DNA from: Schmidtea polychroa
Lineage: Eukaryota
Length of the DNA: 64,000 nt
Assembly (NCBI GenBank): GCA_044892525.1
Contig: CM097885.1
Location: 32,242,001-32,306,000, forward strand
Direction of reading: 5' to 3'
Both the position numbers and the translations under genes were made by a program. Positions within the stretch are counted from its first letter, which is position 1, and every line of letters begins with the position of its first letter. Below the pieces are notes generated by a model. The model worked only from the letters and a program-made list of their open reading frames with translations. It ran no database searches and was not told where the DNA came from. Below are positions 47,293-58,255 of this stretch, one piece after another.

Positions 47293-48621
47293 TTAAAAAT
47301 CTGTTTTCTGTAACTCATTATTATAAAATCTACCTAATATTTTTTCATTATTTAAATCAATGATGCTATATGTTATTGGAGTTGTATAATTTATTTTATT
47401 TATAATAAAAATTTCATTTGTCCATTTTGCTGTGAATCCTTTTTCAAATTTATTTTTATATTTAAATATTCTTACTCGGTCACCAATTTTAAACTTTGGT
47501 TTTTCAATAACATCATTTTCAACAGGATTTATGAGTTCCAAAGGATTGTTCCATTTTTGTTTTCCAATAGCAGTAAAATATTTCCACATTTTATTTTTTA
47601 ATGTTCTATTTAATCTTTCAACTACGACTGCTTTTCCTTCGTTTTCTGTTGAATATAATTTAATATCATTTTCATTTAAAAACTTTGTAAAAACTTTGTT
47701 ATAAAATTCTGTTCCTTTATCACACCATAAATATTTTGGAATTCTTTGATGTTCTTCAAATATATTTTCAAATGCTTCTGTAATGGAATATCCTGTTTTA
47801 TTTTCTAAACACCTTGCAAAAGCAAATCTTGTATATAAATCTATTACAGTTAAAATTATTTTATATTTTTCAGGGTCTGATGATTTGGTTGGCATAAAGA
47901 CTAAATCTGCAGACCATGTTTGATCTTTTTCATGTACTTGAACTTTTAAATATTTTTTATTTTTTCTAAATTCATGGTGTAATTCGTTGGCATATTTTAT
48001 TTGTGATTCTGTTGGGGTTAATAAACTAGTCTTGGATATATTCTCGAGGGATCTTTCAGCATCTGCTTGTTCAATAATCTTTTTATTAGCAACATCTTTT
48101 GCCATCCTTGGTAAACTAGCACCTATGAAAATCTTACCTTTCATTGCTAATTTAACTAGAGCTCTTTGAATCTTTTCTTGGGTTGATAGATTTTGTATAT
48201 TATTTAAATCATGTATTAAATTCACATCTGCAACATGTCTATCTCTAAGATCTTCTGAATTGTAAGCAATATCATGTTTTAAAGCCGCTTGATCAATTCT
48301 ATTTATTGGTTCTTCTCCTTGTTTGGGATTATTATTTTCATCTAATCTAATATCTAATCTTGTTCCTGGTCCGGTATAGTTGTGTTTAAATAAATGTCTT
48401 TCACCTGGATATTTTTCTGTAGTAAAAGGTTTTAATATTGAAGATGTCACTTTTGAAGATTGTAGGTCGCCTCCGGCTCGTGGAATCATGTCGCCTCCTA
48501 TATGTTTTTTAGTTTTTAGATGACTTGCTTTATGATGTCTTGTAACTTGACAATTACAACTTTCACATCTCCAATAGAGAGACATTTTAAAAGTTAAAAT
48601 ATTAAGAATCTCCCCTAACAT
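47293..48621 (-). CDS. Zn finger + parvovirus-type PLA2 + retroviral-like integrase fusion
   Basis: NYTGPG...IDQAALKHDIAY; WSADL, CDKGTEF, VERLNRTLK and KFKIGDRVRI. No chromodomain; probable small deletion after KQKW. Confidence 0.88.
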   Translation of the reverse strand: MLGEILNILTFKMSLYWRCESCNCQVTRHHKASHLKTKKHIGGDMIPRAGGDLQSSKVTSSILKPFTTEKYPGERHLFKHNYTGPGTRLDIRLDENNNPKQGEEPINRIDQAALKHDIAYNSEDLRDRHVADVNLIHDLNNIQNLSTQEKIQRALVKLAMKGKIFIGASLPRMAKDVANKKIIEQADAERSLENISKTSLLTPTESQIKYANELHHEFRKNKKYLKVQVHEKDQTWSADLVFMPTKSSDPEKYKIILTVIDLYTRFAFARCLENKTGYSITEAFENIFEEHQRIPKYLWCDKGTEFYNKVFTKFLNENDIKLYSTENEGKAVVVERLNRTLKNKMWKYFTAIGKQKWNNPLELINPVENDVIEKPKFKIGDRVRIFKYKNKFEKGFTAKWTNEIFIINKINYTTPITYSIIDLNNEKILGRFYNNELQKTDF

Positions 48622-49895
48622 TTTCGATTATTGAAATCTTTCTCACCATATAATTTCATTTCTATTTTCTTTTCTTCTAATATTAATGTATATACTTTAG
48701 CTTTAAAATTAGAATCCTTTGTTATATGAAGTGTCACATCAACATTATTTATGGCTAGGCGATCATCTTGGTCTGAAACATTTATACAAAATATAGAATA
48801 TAAATTTTTGAAATCTTCTAAACTTAATTGCGGTTCAACTTTGAAATCATAACATGTTTCAATATAATTTAGATATGGGAATATGTTTTCATTATTTTCA
48901 ATATTAAATTCCATTCTATTTATTGGATAATAAGAACTATTTAATTGAATTTGGATTGTTTTTAAATTATCAACTCCAATCTTTTGAATAAACAAGATGT
49001 TATTTTTTTGGAAAGATGAATCTACTTCTTTGAATCCAATCAAGATATATCTTGGTCGGTATGCTAAATTTGCTACCTTTATAGAATATGTTGAACCCTC
49101 TGTCATACTAAATTCACTACAGATTCTATTTAAATAATTTACATTTATAGACTTGTTGGAATTTAATCTTTCAAGGAGTTTGATTTCAGAATGTGGATTT
49201 AATGTCCATTCAGGTATATGCAATTCAAGTGTTGATAATTTTAATTTAGCTTTTGTATCTGCAGCTCCATAGAACAATCTTTTATCACCTTCTAGTCTAT
49301 TACAGATGAATTCTATAAAAACATTATGAAGTACACGGTTATAATTTTGAAGGAATCCAAACAAGTGTTTTAATTCAAAATAACCTTCAAATTTTTTAGA
49401 TTTATAAAGTTCAGCTCTTTTATAATAACCATAATTTATATCTAAACCATCTTTATCTAAATCTCCTTTATTAACATCAGGAATCCAACCTGTTAATTCA
49501 CCATATTCGTTTTTATAATCACAACCTGTCAAAATAAAATTTAACATTGTAGAATATACTCCTGGATGTAAAACAGTTTCAATTTCTGATGATCCTAGTT
49601 TTAATCTCATGTTGGAGAATAAATTTGGAAAGAAATTATTTTCTAGGGTTATATCTTTGTTTGCTTCAATTTCTAATTCAATTTTATAATATAATTTAGC
49701 ATTACAAATATCTATTGGGTTTGATGTTTGAAGAGATTGAAAAACTATATCACCCCTACGATTTAAGTTTGCAATCGATCCTGACGTAGGGGATATTTTA
49801 AGTACATCATTTTTCTTGATTTCATGAGTAAATTCTTTATTATAATCAAGATTTAATTTATTTTTTTCTTGAATTTTAAGATTTATATTATTCAT
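48615..49895 (-). CDS. Major capsid protein (double jelly roll) of element C
   Basis: 426 aa; NNFFPNLFS...L...EIE, PRYILIGF, LNSSYYP and YSIFCINVS motifs; position within the element. Confidence 0.8.
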   Translation of the reverse strand: MNNINLKIQEKNKLNLDYNKEFTHEIKKNDVLKISPTSGSIANLNRRGDIVFQSLQTSNPIDICNAKLYYKIELEIEANKDITLENNFFPNLFSNMRLKLGSSEIETVLHPGVYSTMLNFILTGCDYKNEYGELTGWIPDVNKGDLDKDGLDINYGYYKRAELYKSKKFEGYFELKHLFGFLQNYNRVLHNVFIEFICNRLEGDKRLFYGAADTKAKLKLSTLELHIPEWTLNPHSEIKLLERLNSNKSINVNYLNRICSEFSMTEGSTYSIKVANLAYRPRYILIGFKEVDSSFQKNNILFIQKIGVDNLKTIQIQLNSSYYPINRMEFNIENNENIFPYLNYIETCYDFKVEPQLSLEDFKNLYSIFCINVSDQDDRLAINNVDVTLHITKDSNFKAKVYTLILEEKKIEMKLYGEKDFNNRKC

Positions 49896-49951
49896 TTTTA
49901 TATATTAAAATTTACACACACACAATAGGATTAATTATATATATTATGTAA

Positions 49952-50033
49952 CCCATTATAGCGGAGTGGGAATAGGCTTCAATTTTATCACCGGGAGTAC
50001 CGGGTTCAATTTTCGATTTTGGTCAATTTTTTT
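49952..50033 (+). ncRNA. tRNA-like Pol III unit 1
   Basis: A-box TAGCGGAGTGG at 49959, GGGTTCAATT B-box-like motif at tRNA spacing and a T7 terminator. Confidence 0.5.
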
Positions 50034-50194
50034 CGATATTTTTTTTCAACGGAATCTGATTCAGCGTACTGATTTTAGTATATATTTAAATTTTCAGATG
50101 GATCTGAGTGGTAGTTGTCGAGAAAATGAATAATTAATTATTAATTTCATCAATAAATAGTCACACATTAACAACTTATTTTATATTGAGTATA

Positions 50195-50275
50195 GCTCTA
50201 ATAGCTTAGTGGTAATAGCACTCGACTGCATTGCCAATACCAATGGGTTCAAATCCCATTTCGGTCATTTTTTTT
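50195..50275 (+). ncRNA. tRNA-like Pol III unit 2 (tRNA-Cys-like 5' half)
   Basis: TAGCTTAGTGGTAATAGCACTCGACTGCA, perfect T arm ATGGG-TTCAAAT-CCCAT and a T8 terminator; the anticodon stem does not pair. Confidence 0.65.
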
Positions 50276-50431
50276 CAAATTTTTTTTTAACGAAATATTG
50301 ATCAGCATACTTGATTTAGTACTTATACAAATTTTTAAGGAGATTGGTCAACGGCAACTCTTGGAAATTTAAGATCAAAAACGTTTTAACTACCAAAAAT
50401 TAATATATCCAATAAAAAAATATTTATAAAA

Positions 50432-50701
50432 ATGGATGAGTTAAAAGAAAGAATGAGAAATGAATTGAATGAAGTTAAACATAAGAGAATGAAAAGAAGA
50501 GAAGAAGAACCATTAGAATACATCAAAGAGTTGATGGTAGATAATGAAAAGTATCGACATTTTTATATGAAGGCTGTAGATGTTGCTGATATAAGATTGA
50601 AGAAAATGAAACAATTACAGGAAAGAGTTAAAGAACTTGAATCGATTATTTATAGTCTAAAAAATGAGAAAAATCCAAACCTAGATAGCGCAGTGGGCTA
50701 G
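50432..50701 (+). CDS. Small basic coiled-coil protein
   Basis: AAAAATG start context like the other genes of the element; KHKRMKRR and a heptad LQERVKELESIIYSL. Confidence 0.55.
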   Translation: MDELKERMRNELNEVKHKRMKRREEEPLEYIKELMVDNEKYRHFYMKAVDVADIRLKKMKQLQERVKELESIIYSLKNEKNPNLDSAVG

Positions 50702-51617
50702 ACTGGCACCGTGGTTCAAATGGATAACGGTTCAAATCCTAACTGTGGTTAGTTTTTTTTCAACTTAAAATAATATTAAAAATTTGAAAATAATATTGAA
50801 AATGGTGTGGGTATCTTAGATTTATATTTTATTTTATTTATTTTTATTTTATTTTATTTTATTTATTTTATTTATTTTATTAATTATTTTATTTTTAAAC
50901 ATAAATATGAAAAAAAAATTATTGAAACGGGTGATGGTGGCGAACCGGTAATTATCGCCACCTGTCTTTCGAACACCCCCGGATCGATTCTTTAATGTGC
51001 ACATTTATTTCTCAGTTGTTTTCGGACCTCTTTCGAATTCACTTTCGAATTCATTTGTACTTTCGAGCAGCACGCTTAAAACGCCGATGAAATCGTATTC
51101 GAGCGAGAAGCGAATAATAAGGTGTGCTGCTATTATCGGATTGATTCTGATGTATGAGTCTGGCCAGCTTGTATATTAGAAGAGATTTGATAAACGAAAG
51201 AGGTTGAAATGATCCGGATCAAAAAAACTGTTGAGGGGACAGTGAAAAAAAAAATACCACTGTCCCCTCAGAGCAGTTTTACTATTTTTCATTTATTTTT
51301 TAATTTATATAATTTAAAATCAATAATCTGATAAAGATCAACTCCGGAGTTTGATTGCGATCAAAAGTAGTGTGTATATAGCCCTATCCCAAATAGCCCT
51401 CTAACTTTTTCATAATGCCATTTTCTTTTCTATTCTCTTTTTAGTTTGAAGCTTTTGAGTTTGAGGCTTTAAAGATTAAGGGTGGTTGTTTTCAAAAATA
51501 TAGGGTTAAAATACTATAAAAGTATAAGTTTTAGGTTGTTTTTCTAATGGTTTAAGCGTAATGGAGGTATGTTTTTGTTGGGAGGGTTGTTTGGGTTGGG
51601 TATATATACACACTACT
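50677..51617 (-). repeat. Right TIR of element C
   Basis: Reverse complement of 38622-39551. Confidence 0.93.
50679..50760 (+). ncRNA. tRNA-like Pol III unit 3 (right TIR copy)
   Basis: A-box at 50686-50696, GGTTCAAAT at 50713 and 50729, T8 at 50753. Confidence 0.55.
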
Positions 51618-52601
51618 GAAAAGATAAGTGACGAGAATCTTTTATAAAATTGAATATAAAGTAAAAGTGGAGTAAATAAATTGGGTGGTCAAAGCAAATA
51701 GAACAATCGATCAACGTATCCTGTAATTGAGTAGTTGACCGCTAGTGATTATTGTTGTGATTACAGAAAGGGTCATTCTTCGTGTAGTGTCGAAATAAGC
51801 TCTGTGTGATAAATTGGTTTATATTTTGTAACTGAAATTTGTACAATTCCGTATGGATATTAATAAAGCTTATTATGTTCGAGAGTGTTGAGTTGTGAAT
51901 TAATAAACACGCTTTAAAGTCAGAGTAAGAGTTTGAATTTACAAATATTGTCACCAACTCGATAACCCAACTAGTAGAAAAGGAAATCGGGTATACGCCT
52001 TCTATCGGCAGTCCGTGAACCAACCTGAAAACGTGATGATTAAGTACACCGGAGTATGCTCACTTTTCGCAAGTATTCACTCATGTGACACATTTTCAAC
52101 TTTGAGTACTAACATTTATGCCTTTCTACATAACCCCAACAAACCTATTGAAAGAATTGGACTATTTCACGCTTTTTAGTGAGATTATCTTTAAAAGCAT
52201 TTTTAATCGAGATTTAACTATTTGTTATGTATATTGTAATTCGTCGGTGATTCTTAAGCTGCCAATCACTGATCTGATTACAAGCGTGTTATTTAATAAC
52301 GACAATTACAAATTCCAAAGACGTAAACTTTTTTTATTATAACAATTGATTACAATCGAATTTAATTCTTTAACTTTTATTCGAAAAATATAAATAATTG
52401 AACCTTCAAACTCCCAAGACTCTTTCTTGTTATATTCAATATTGATTTCAAATATTCTTTAATATTCGTTTTGACTTTTTTCAACTAATTTCCTTTAGTT
52501 CGGTTTCCTTAGCTTTGTCAATTTTTTAATTGATTTTTTTATTTGATTTGTTATTTAGAATTTCTCTATAGTAAATTATTACTATAAAGAATTACTATAT
52601 A

Positions 52602-53017
52602 GTGTAAAATATTTTTTACGGATGTCTAATATTAAAATAATATAAATATTACAAGCTTTGCGATACCCAGTGCAAATCCCAACAGTAGACTAGTTTCGAG
52701 CTTTTGGCTCATATCAGTACTATGCAGGAGACGCGAAGATTTCTCTTCGCGCCAGGTAAGTATACAATATTGCTGATTCAACTCTATTGCATACTTTACC
52801 TGCTACACTGAAAATCATATCACTTGCAAATAAGCTTAATCAGAGAAAAAATGTCTGCAAACTTGTAAACCTGGCGTATGACAAATCATTTTCGCCTCTG
52901 GAGACATAGTCTATACACAGAAATGTTTACAAATACATCCGTAAACCTTTAGCATTTTTAACTTGTAATGGTGTAAAATATTTTAATGTTAGACATCCGT
53001 AAAAAATTATTCTACAC
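52602..53017. mobile_element. MITE-like segment with imperfect ~38-bp inverted ends
   Basis: TTTTTACGGATGTCTAATATTAAAATA versus TATTTTAATGTTAGACATCCGTAAAAA. Confidence 0.5.
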
Positions 53018-53696
53018 CAATCCGGTCTCTTCGATTTCACATGCCTTTCCCCTCTTTATCTCGAGTAGGCAATCGACATAACAAGATAATCTAAATTTTG
53101 TTTTGCTTTCTGTTTTGCTTCTTTTGCATTTGTACATGTTAATTAAGAATGACCTTCTTTTATTTAATTGTCTCGTTTTTTTTGATTTTCATCTATTCCC
53201 TTCTCATTTTTCAATATCTCTCCTTCAACCCGATTTCACTGAGTTTCAGAAGAATACCCCACTTATTTATCATCATTTCCCCAATCATTTTACGCTTTTA
53301 ATCAATATTTCTATTTTATAATTTAGGTATCCGCAACCCATTTAATCTTCAATTTATAACTTCTAATTAATGCATATTTTATTGTATTTTTATTTACTTG
53401 GTCATTTGCATTCTATTTTTCAAAATTGTAACTATCTTTTCATTATAATTTTCTATTTTCAGAATTTCAAAAAAATGCTGACATCTTCACAAATAATAAA
53501 AAGGAGAAATTTTATTAAACAAATTATATTCAACAATTGTTTTAATAAAATATAATTAAATTTTTTGTTTTCTCAATAAGTTTTAAAAATAAATATTTAA
53601 TCCTATTATATAAAATTAAATTTATAAATTTACATAATACATTTTTTCCAAAAAAATGTTGAACAATTTTATTGTTAAACTAGGAAATGTCTTTTT

Positions 53697-55043
53697 TTAT
53701 TTTCTCGTATTTTCGTAGTCACCTGAAAAATAATTTGACAAAATTATTGTAATTGGAGCATAAATTCCAATTAAGCTCCCGAAAATAACACAAGTAATCT
53801 TGAATCCGAAAAAGTGCGATAGTAACCCACCAAGAAGAGCTCCAAATAAATTACCAATTGAATGCGAAGTAGTAAGCATTGTGGCAGCCATGCTGTTGGA
53901 TTTTCTATTAATTATTAATTCGCAAATTGTAGACACGAGTGGGAATAAAAAATAATCTACGAATCCAATTCCAAAAAATACTATTGCAATATTTAAACAA
54001 AGAAATATAATCCTAAAATGAAAAGTAATAGTAAAAAGCCCAACACTGATCAAACTTATTCCAACCAATGGACAGATATGTGACACGTTATTCCAGTATT
54101 TTTCTATTAAAGCAGAAAATAATTCTGAAATCCCATAAATAAGTCCTCCAAAAATCCAGAACATTCCTTGATTCTCTGTTGTTGAGTAAAAATAAGTTCC
54201 CATCCATTGGGGTAAAACCGCCAAAAAAAAAGAAATTGAACCCGTAGAAATAGCAACTCCAATACATATTATGATAATGTAAGGGTTGAAAAATACCATA
54301 TAGATTTCAGAGAAGTTCCTTTCTTTCATTGCATGCCTTCCAATAAATGGAATATTATTAAGAATACGGAAATTTTCTATCTCTTTCTTCCAACAAATAA
54401 AACTAAGCAAACTCAGTCCACAAAGAAACAAATGAAATGAAATCAACACAAGATATGTTGAATTGTGTCCATAAAAAGAATAAAAGCTGCCCCCTAACAT
54501 GGAACCAAAGGAAATTCCAATGTAGTAAAAGAAATTCGCAACAGCTATTGCGTATGACTTATTGGTCTTTCTTGTGAATATTGAAGTGAGAAATGAGTAT
54601 GCAGAAGTAACTGTAAGACTCTCTGATATACCTTCCGCCATTCGTGATATTAAAATGCTAACACAATTATTAGAAAACACATACAAAACCAAAGAAGCTC
54701 CATAAATCATCAATCCAAACATTATGATAAATTCTGATCCTAATTTACTTACAAAGTACCCCGCCAGAATATTTCCAGGTAATCTTATTAGAATTTGACT
54801 TCCCACAAGGTAGGATGTTTCAATGAAAAATATATAACTTTCTACTTCTTTAGATTCCGAAATATTTCGAAAAATAGGATGGTAATAAAAGCATTTTTTG
54901 GCTGCCAGAATCGAAGGAACTATCATTAGGACAAATGAATCTAGACATCCGCTGAAATATAAGACTAAAGAAGCAAATACTAGATATAATATCCGACACT
55001 TTGACTTGTTGAAATCTATATCCATATCAAAGGATCCCTGCAT
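53697..55043 (-). CDS. Host MFS transporter, SLC18 (vesicular amine transporter)-like, single exon
   Basis: About 12 hydrophobic segments; NPYIIIICIG...LPQWM and GFVD...P resemble VMAT DPYILIAAG...LPIWM and GMVD...P. Confidence 0.75.
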   Translation of the reverse strand: MQGSFDMDIDFNKSKCRILYLVFASLVLYFSGCLDSFVLMIVPSILAAKKCFYYHPIFRNISESKEVESYIFFIETSYLVGSQILIRLPGNILAGYFVSKLGSEFIIMFGLMIYGASLVLYVFSNNCVSILISRMAEGISESLTVTSAYSFLTSIFTRKTNKSYAIAVANFFYYIGISFGSMLGGSFYSFYGHNSTYLVLISFHLFLCGLSLLSFICWKKEIENFRILNNIPFIGRHAMKERNFSEIYMVFFNPYIIIICIGVAISTGSISFFLAVLPQWMGTYFYSTTENQGMFWIFGGLIYGISELFSALIEKYWNNVSHICPLVGISLISVGLFTITFHFRIIFLCLNIAIVFFGIGFVDYFLFPLVSTICELIINRKSNSMAATMLTTSHSIGNLFGALLGGLLSHFFGFKITCVIFGSLIGIYAPITIILSNYFSGDYENTRK

Positions 55044-57365
55044 TTTCTCCGGAAAGGATGATTTTATTTTTTTTATGGATTATTCAAAATTTTAATCAAT
55101 TTAAAATTCTTTTAATAATACAAAATAGGGCAATGCTCATCACTTTTGTTTGCAGTATACAGTAGGTAGTTAGTACCCTTTATCATCCTCCCCTCCCTAT
55201 GTCAATCTGAAGCACCATAGTCAGGGCGTATTTCAGGCTATATTTTTCCAGGTCAAAGTAAACTAGATTGTAAAGGGCTACAGATATTTTATGTCAATCT
55301 GAAACACTATAGTGATGGGTTATTTTGATCCCAGGATTTTTGTACAAGACTTTATGGAAAGATATTTTAAAGAATTGAAGTCTTTTGAGATATTAAAGTA
55401 AATAAGTAATAATTTTTAAATAAGTAAATTAATATTTTAAAATAAGTAGTTATAATTTAAATTTAATGTAAAATATTTAAACCTATATTCATTAAGTAAG
55501 CAGCTTCCTGTACTAAGCATCCATACAATTAAATTCTATATACAATAACAAATAAACCAACTAAAAATATTATTTCTTCAGTAAAATTTATCAAATGTTT
55601 TTTTAAATAAATAAATTTTTTTTATTTGTTAGGATTGAATTAACTAAATTAACTAAATTGCAATCGGTAGTTAGGAAGACCTTTTCAGATTAAATAAAAT
55701 GTATAGTCAAAATTTAACAAAAAATGATGACTTTTAAGCATTAGACTAAAAATATAACAAAAATGGTAAGTGTTAAATGAAAATGACATTAAATGGAACA
55801 ATAATTGTCAACTCAGATACTTTAAAATAAAACAACAATCTCCTAAAAATTAAAAGATGACAAAGATTTGAAAGATTATAAATTCTTTTAAATGTCTATC
55901 CGATAACTCAACAGTCTTAAAAATATTAATATGAAAATTATTGAACTTGTATTTCTTTACTAACCTTGTCCAACGATTCCAAATCTAATTTAGTCTTTGG
56001 CTCATTATTCCCCCTCAAATGACCATAATTCTATATGACCGATTTAATCTCTAGAAATCTCCTTAAAATCATATGATAAATCAGAAATCCCCCCCCCCCA
56101 GTAAAAATCCATTTTCTTTAAAGAACTGTTACGACACCCAACAATCCTCTTTTAAGTCAATATTTTTCAACTTTTTCCATTCATATCCCTCCAATCATTG
56201 CCTAACATATCTTAAAAAAAGATAAAATAATTAAAAGCATGGACCCTTTGATTTCAAATCTAATTAATTCTAAAGATTTCAAATATTTCATTGAAAAAAA
56301 AACAATTTAATTCGGTTTAACGCTAAACGACTTAATAAAAAATTAATAAAACATATGTTCTAAAGGTAAATCAAGAATCTAAAATTGACCTTAATTTACT
56401 GTACATTAAAATAAAATCATCACAACCAAATAAACCTCTGAAACGATATAATTTCACATACATTCAACAAACTATTAATAAATCATTGGAAAATACTGAC
56501 CATTTCCCTAAAGGTATTGTCATTTCCTTTAAAACATTGATATTTTACCAATAAGCATTCTCAAAAACATAATAATTTTCAGTTTAAACATATATATTCA
56601 ACCAACTTAATCCCTTTTAAAAGATCATATATTTCCCCCTTAATCGATCCCTCATCAAATGACCATAATTCTACCACTTAAAACATCAATATCCAACCGA
56701 CTATATCCCTTAATTTCACTAAAGATTCCTGAAATTCCACCCACTTGATGTCATATATCCCTCTTTTATTTATAAATTCAGTCGAATAAATCCTCTTAGA
56801 AAATGGAAAATGGAATTTTCTTTAACCTATTGTTACCGACACCCAACACGTATCCCTTGAAATAATTTAGTAGCTAAATCAATGTAATAAGAGCCCTCTA
56901 AGAGATCAAAATTCACTAAAATCAATATTTTTTACAAATCAACAAAATATTTCATCCAATTTACAATCAAATACCTAACATATATATTTTCTCATTGATT
57001 GATTAAAATTAAAAAACAAATCAAATCTATAAAAATACTGCAAATGATCAAGAAATTAATTATTACTAAATTTATCTTAGAATCATCATCAAAACCTTAA
57101 ATTTTTAAATATTCTTTCAGTCAACATAAAATTCACAAAAAATGATAGACATATAAACATTGTAGCCTTCTGAATCCTAGTTCATTTTGACCTAAAAAAA
57201 TATTACGCTAAAACAACCCTTCACTATAGTTCCTTACATTGACATTACTTCAGATTGACATAGAGGGGGAATAATGAGCCAAAGACTAAATTAGATTTGG
57301 AATCGTTGGACAAGGTTAGTAAAGAAATACAAGTTCAATAATTTTCATATTAATATTTTTAAGAC

Positions 57366-58255
57366 TGTTGAGTTATTGGGTTGGTGACAAATTTAAAGTT
57401 CTTACTCTGACTCTAAGCGTGTCTTTGACTGATCCACAAATAACACTTGACAACAGAAATCTTTATTGATAATCAAAAATAACTTTCACTTTACACTGAC
57501 AATCAATTCAACACTCTGCTCGGCGACTATACAATGCTTATTACAACACTCAGTGAGGATTAGCACTTGTGTATAACACCGGATTGAAAAATCACTAACT
57601 ACTGATTGGTTTATCAACTGGGACCTTGAGCTGGTTGTTTTCGTTGACCTTCTTCACAACTTTATTCAAATACTCAAGTAACTTCTTTCCGTTTAATTTG
57701 TCAACTACTTCTTCTCTTCAAATCTTCTCCAACAATTATTCTTTACAATTATTTTCTTTACAATTATTTTTTCCAATAACGTTTCAACCGACTTTGTCAA
57801 ATCTTTGTCATCCGATTTTGTCTCACTTTTGTGTCCATTTTATGTCTACCAGTTTCTCTTTATATAGCTTGCTTTATTTTTGGCACTCAAAATAATCAAA
57901 TGTTTTCCCACTTTCTTTCTCCTGCTTTTCCCGATTGTTCCAATTTTATCTCTGGCGGCTATCAAGATATTTTTACCTTTTCCTTTTTTGTTCAACCGCC
58001 TTCTCCCGGCAATTCCGCTATCTTTTTCTATTTTCCCGATTTCGAAATTCCTTTTCCTTTTTGTACTAATTAATTAGTACTGACCTTTGTCTTTGTTTTT
58101 AAGTTTGATTTCTTTTGTTTCATTCCTCTTTCCCATTTCTCATTTCGTTTTGCTTCCGTTTTCTTTTCTGAGTTCCCATAAATCGTCCCGTTCGTCATGA
58201 CGATCTATCCCCAGGTAATTTTATTTATTTATTTATTATTTAGGTATCCTCAACA
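57366..58255 (+). mobile_element. Solo LTR (890 bp)
   Basis: TGTTGAG...CTCAACA inverted ends and a 4-bp TSD AGAC (57362-57365 and 58256-58259). Confidence 0.8.

Larger units (their letters stand above)
38622..51617. mobile_element. Polinton/Maverick element C (13.0 kb, internal-deletion derivative related to A)
   Basis: AATAGTGTG...CACACTACT termini (one mismatch to AGTAGT), 6-bp TSD GAAAAG (38616-38621 and 51618-51623) and ~930-bp TIRs. Confidence 0.96.
38140..51971 (-). mobile_element. Solo-LTR-like repeat split by Polinton C (parts ~38140-38621 and 51624-51971)
   Basis: The two flanks rejoin into a reverse-complement homologue of 19398-20360 (for example GAACAATCGATCAACGTA.CCTGTAATTGAGTAGTTGAC). 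Left end approximate. Confidence 0.65.

Noticed and set aside
50195..50267. Functional tRNA-Cys gene
   Set aside because: The anticodon stem does not pair and the acceptor stem has mismatches; kept only as tRNA-like.
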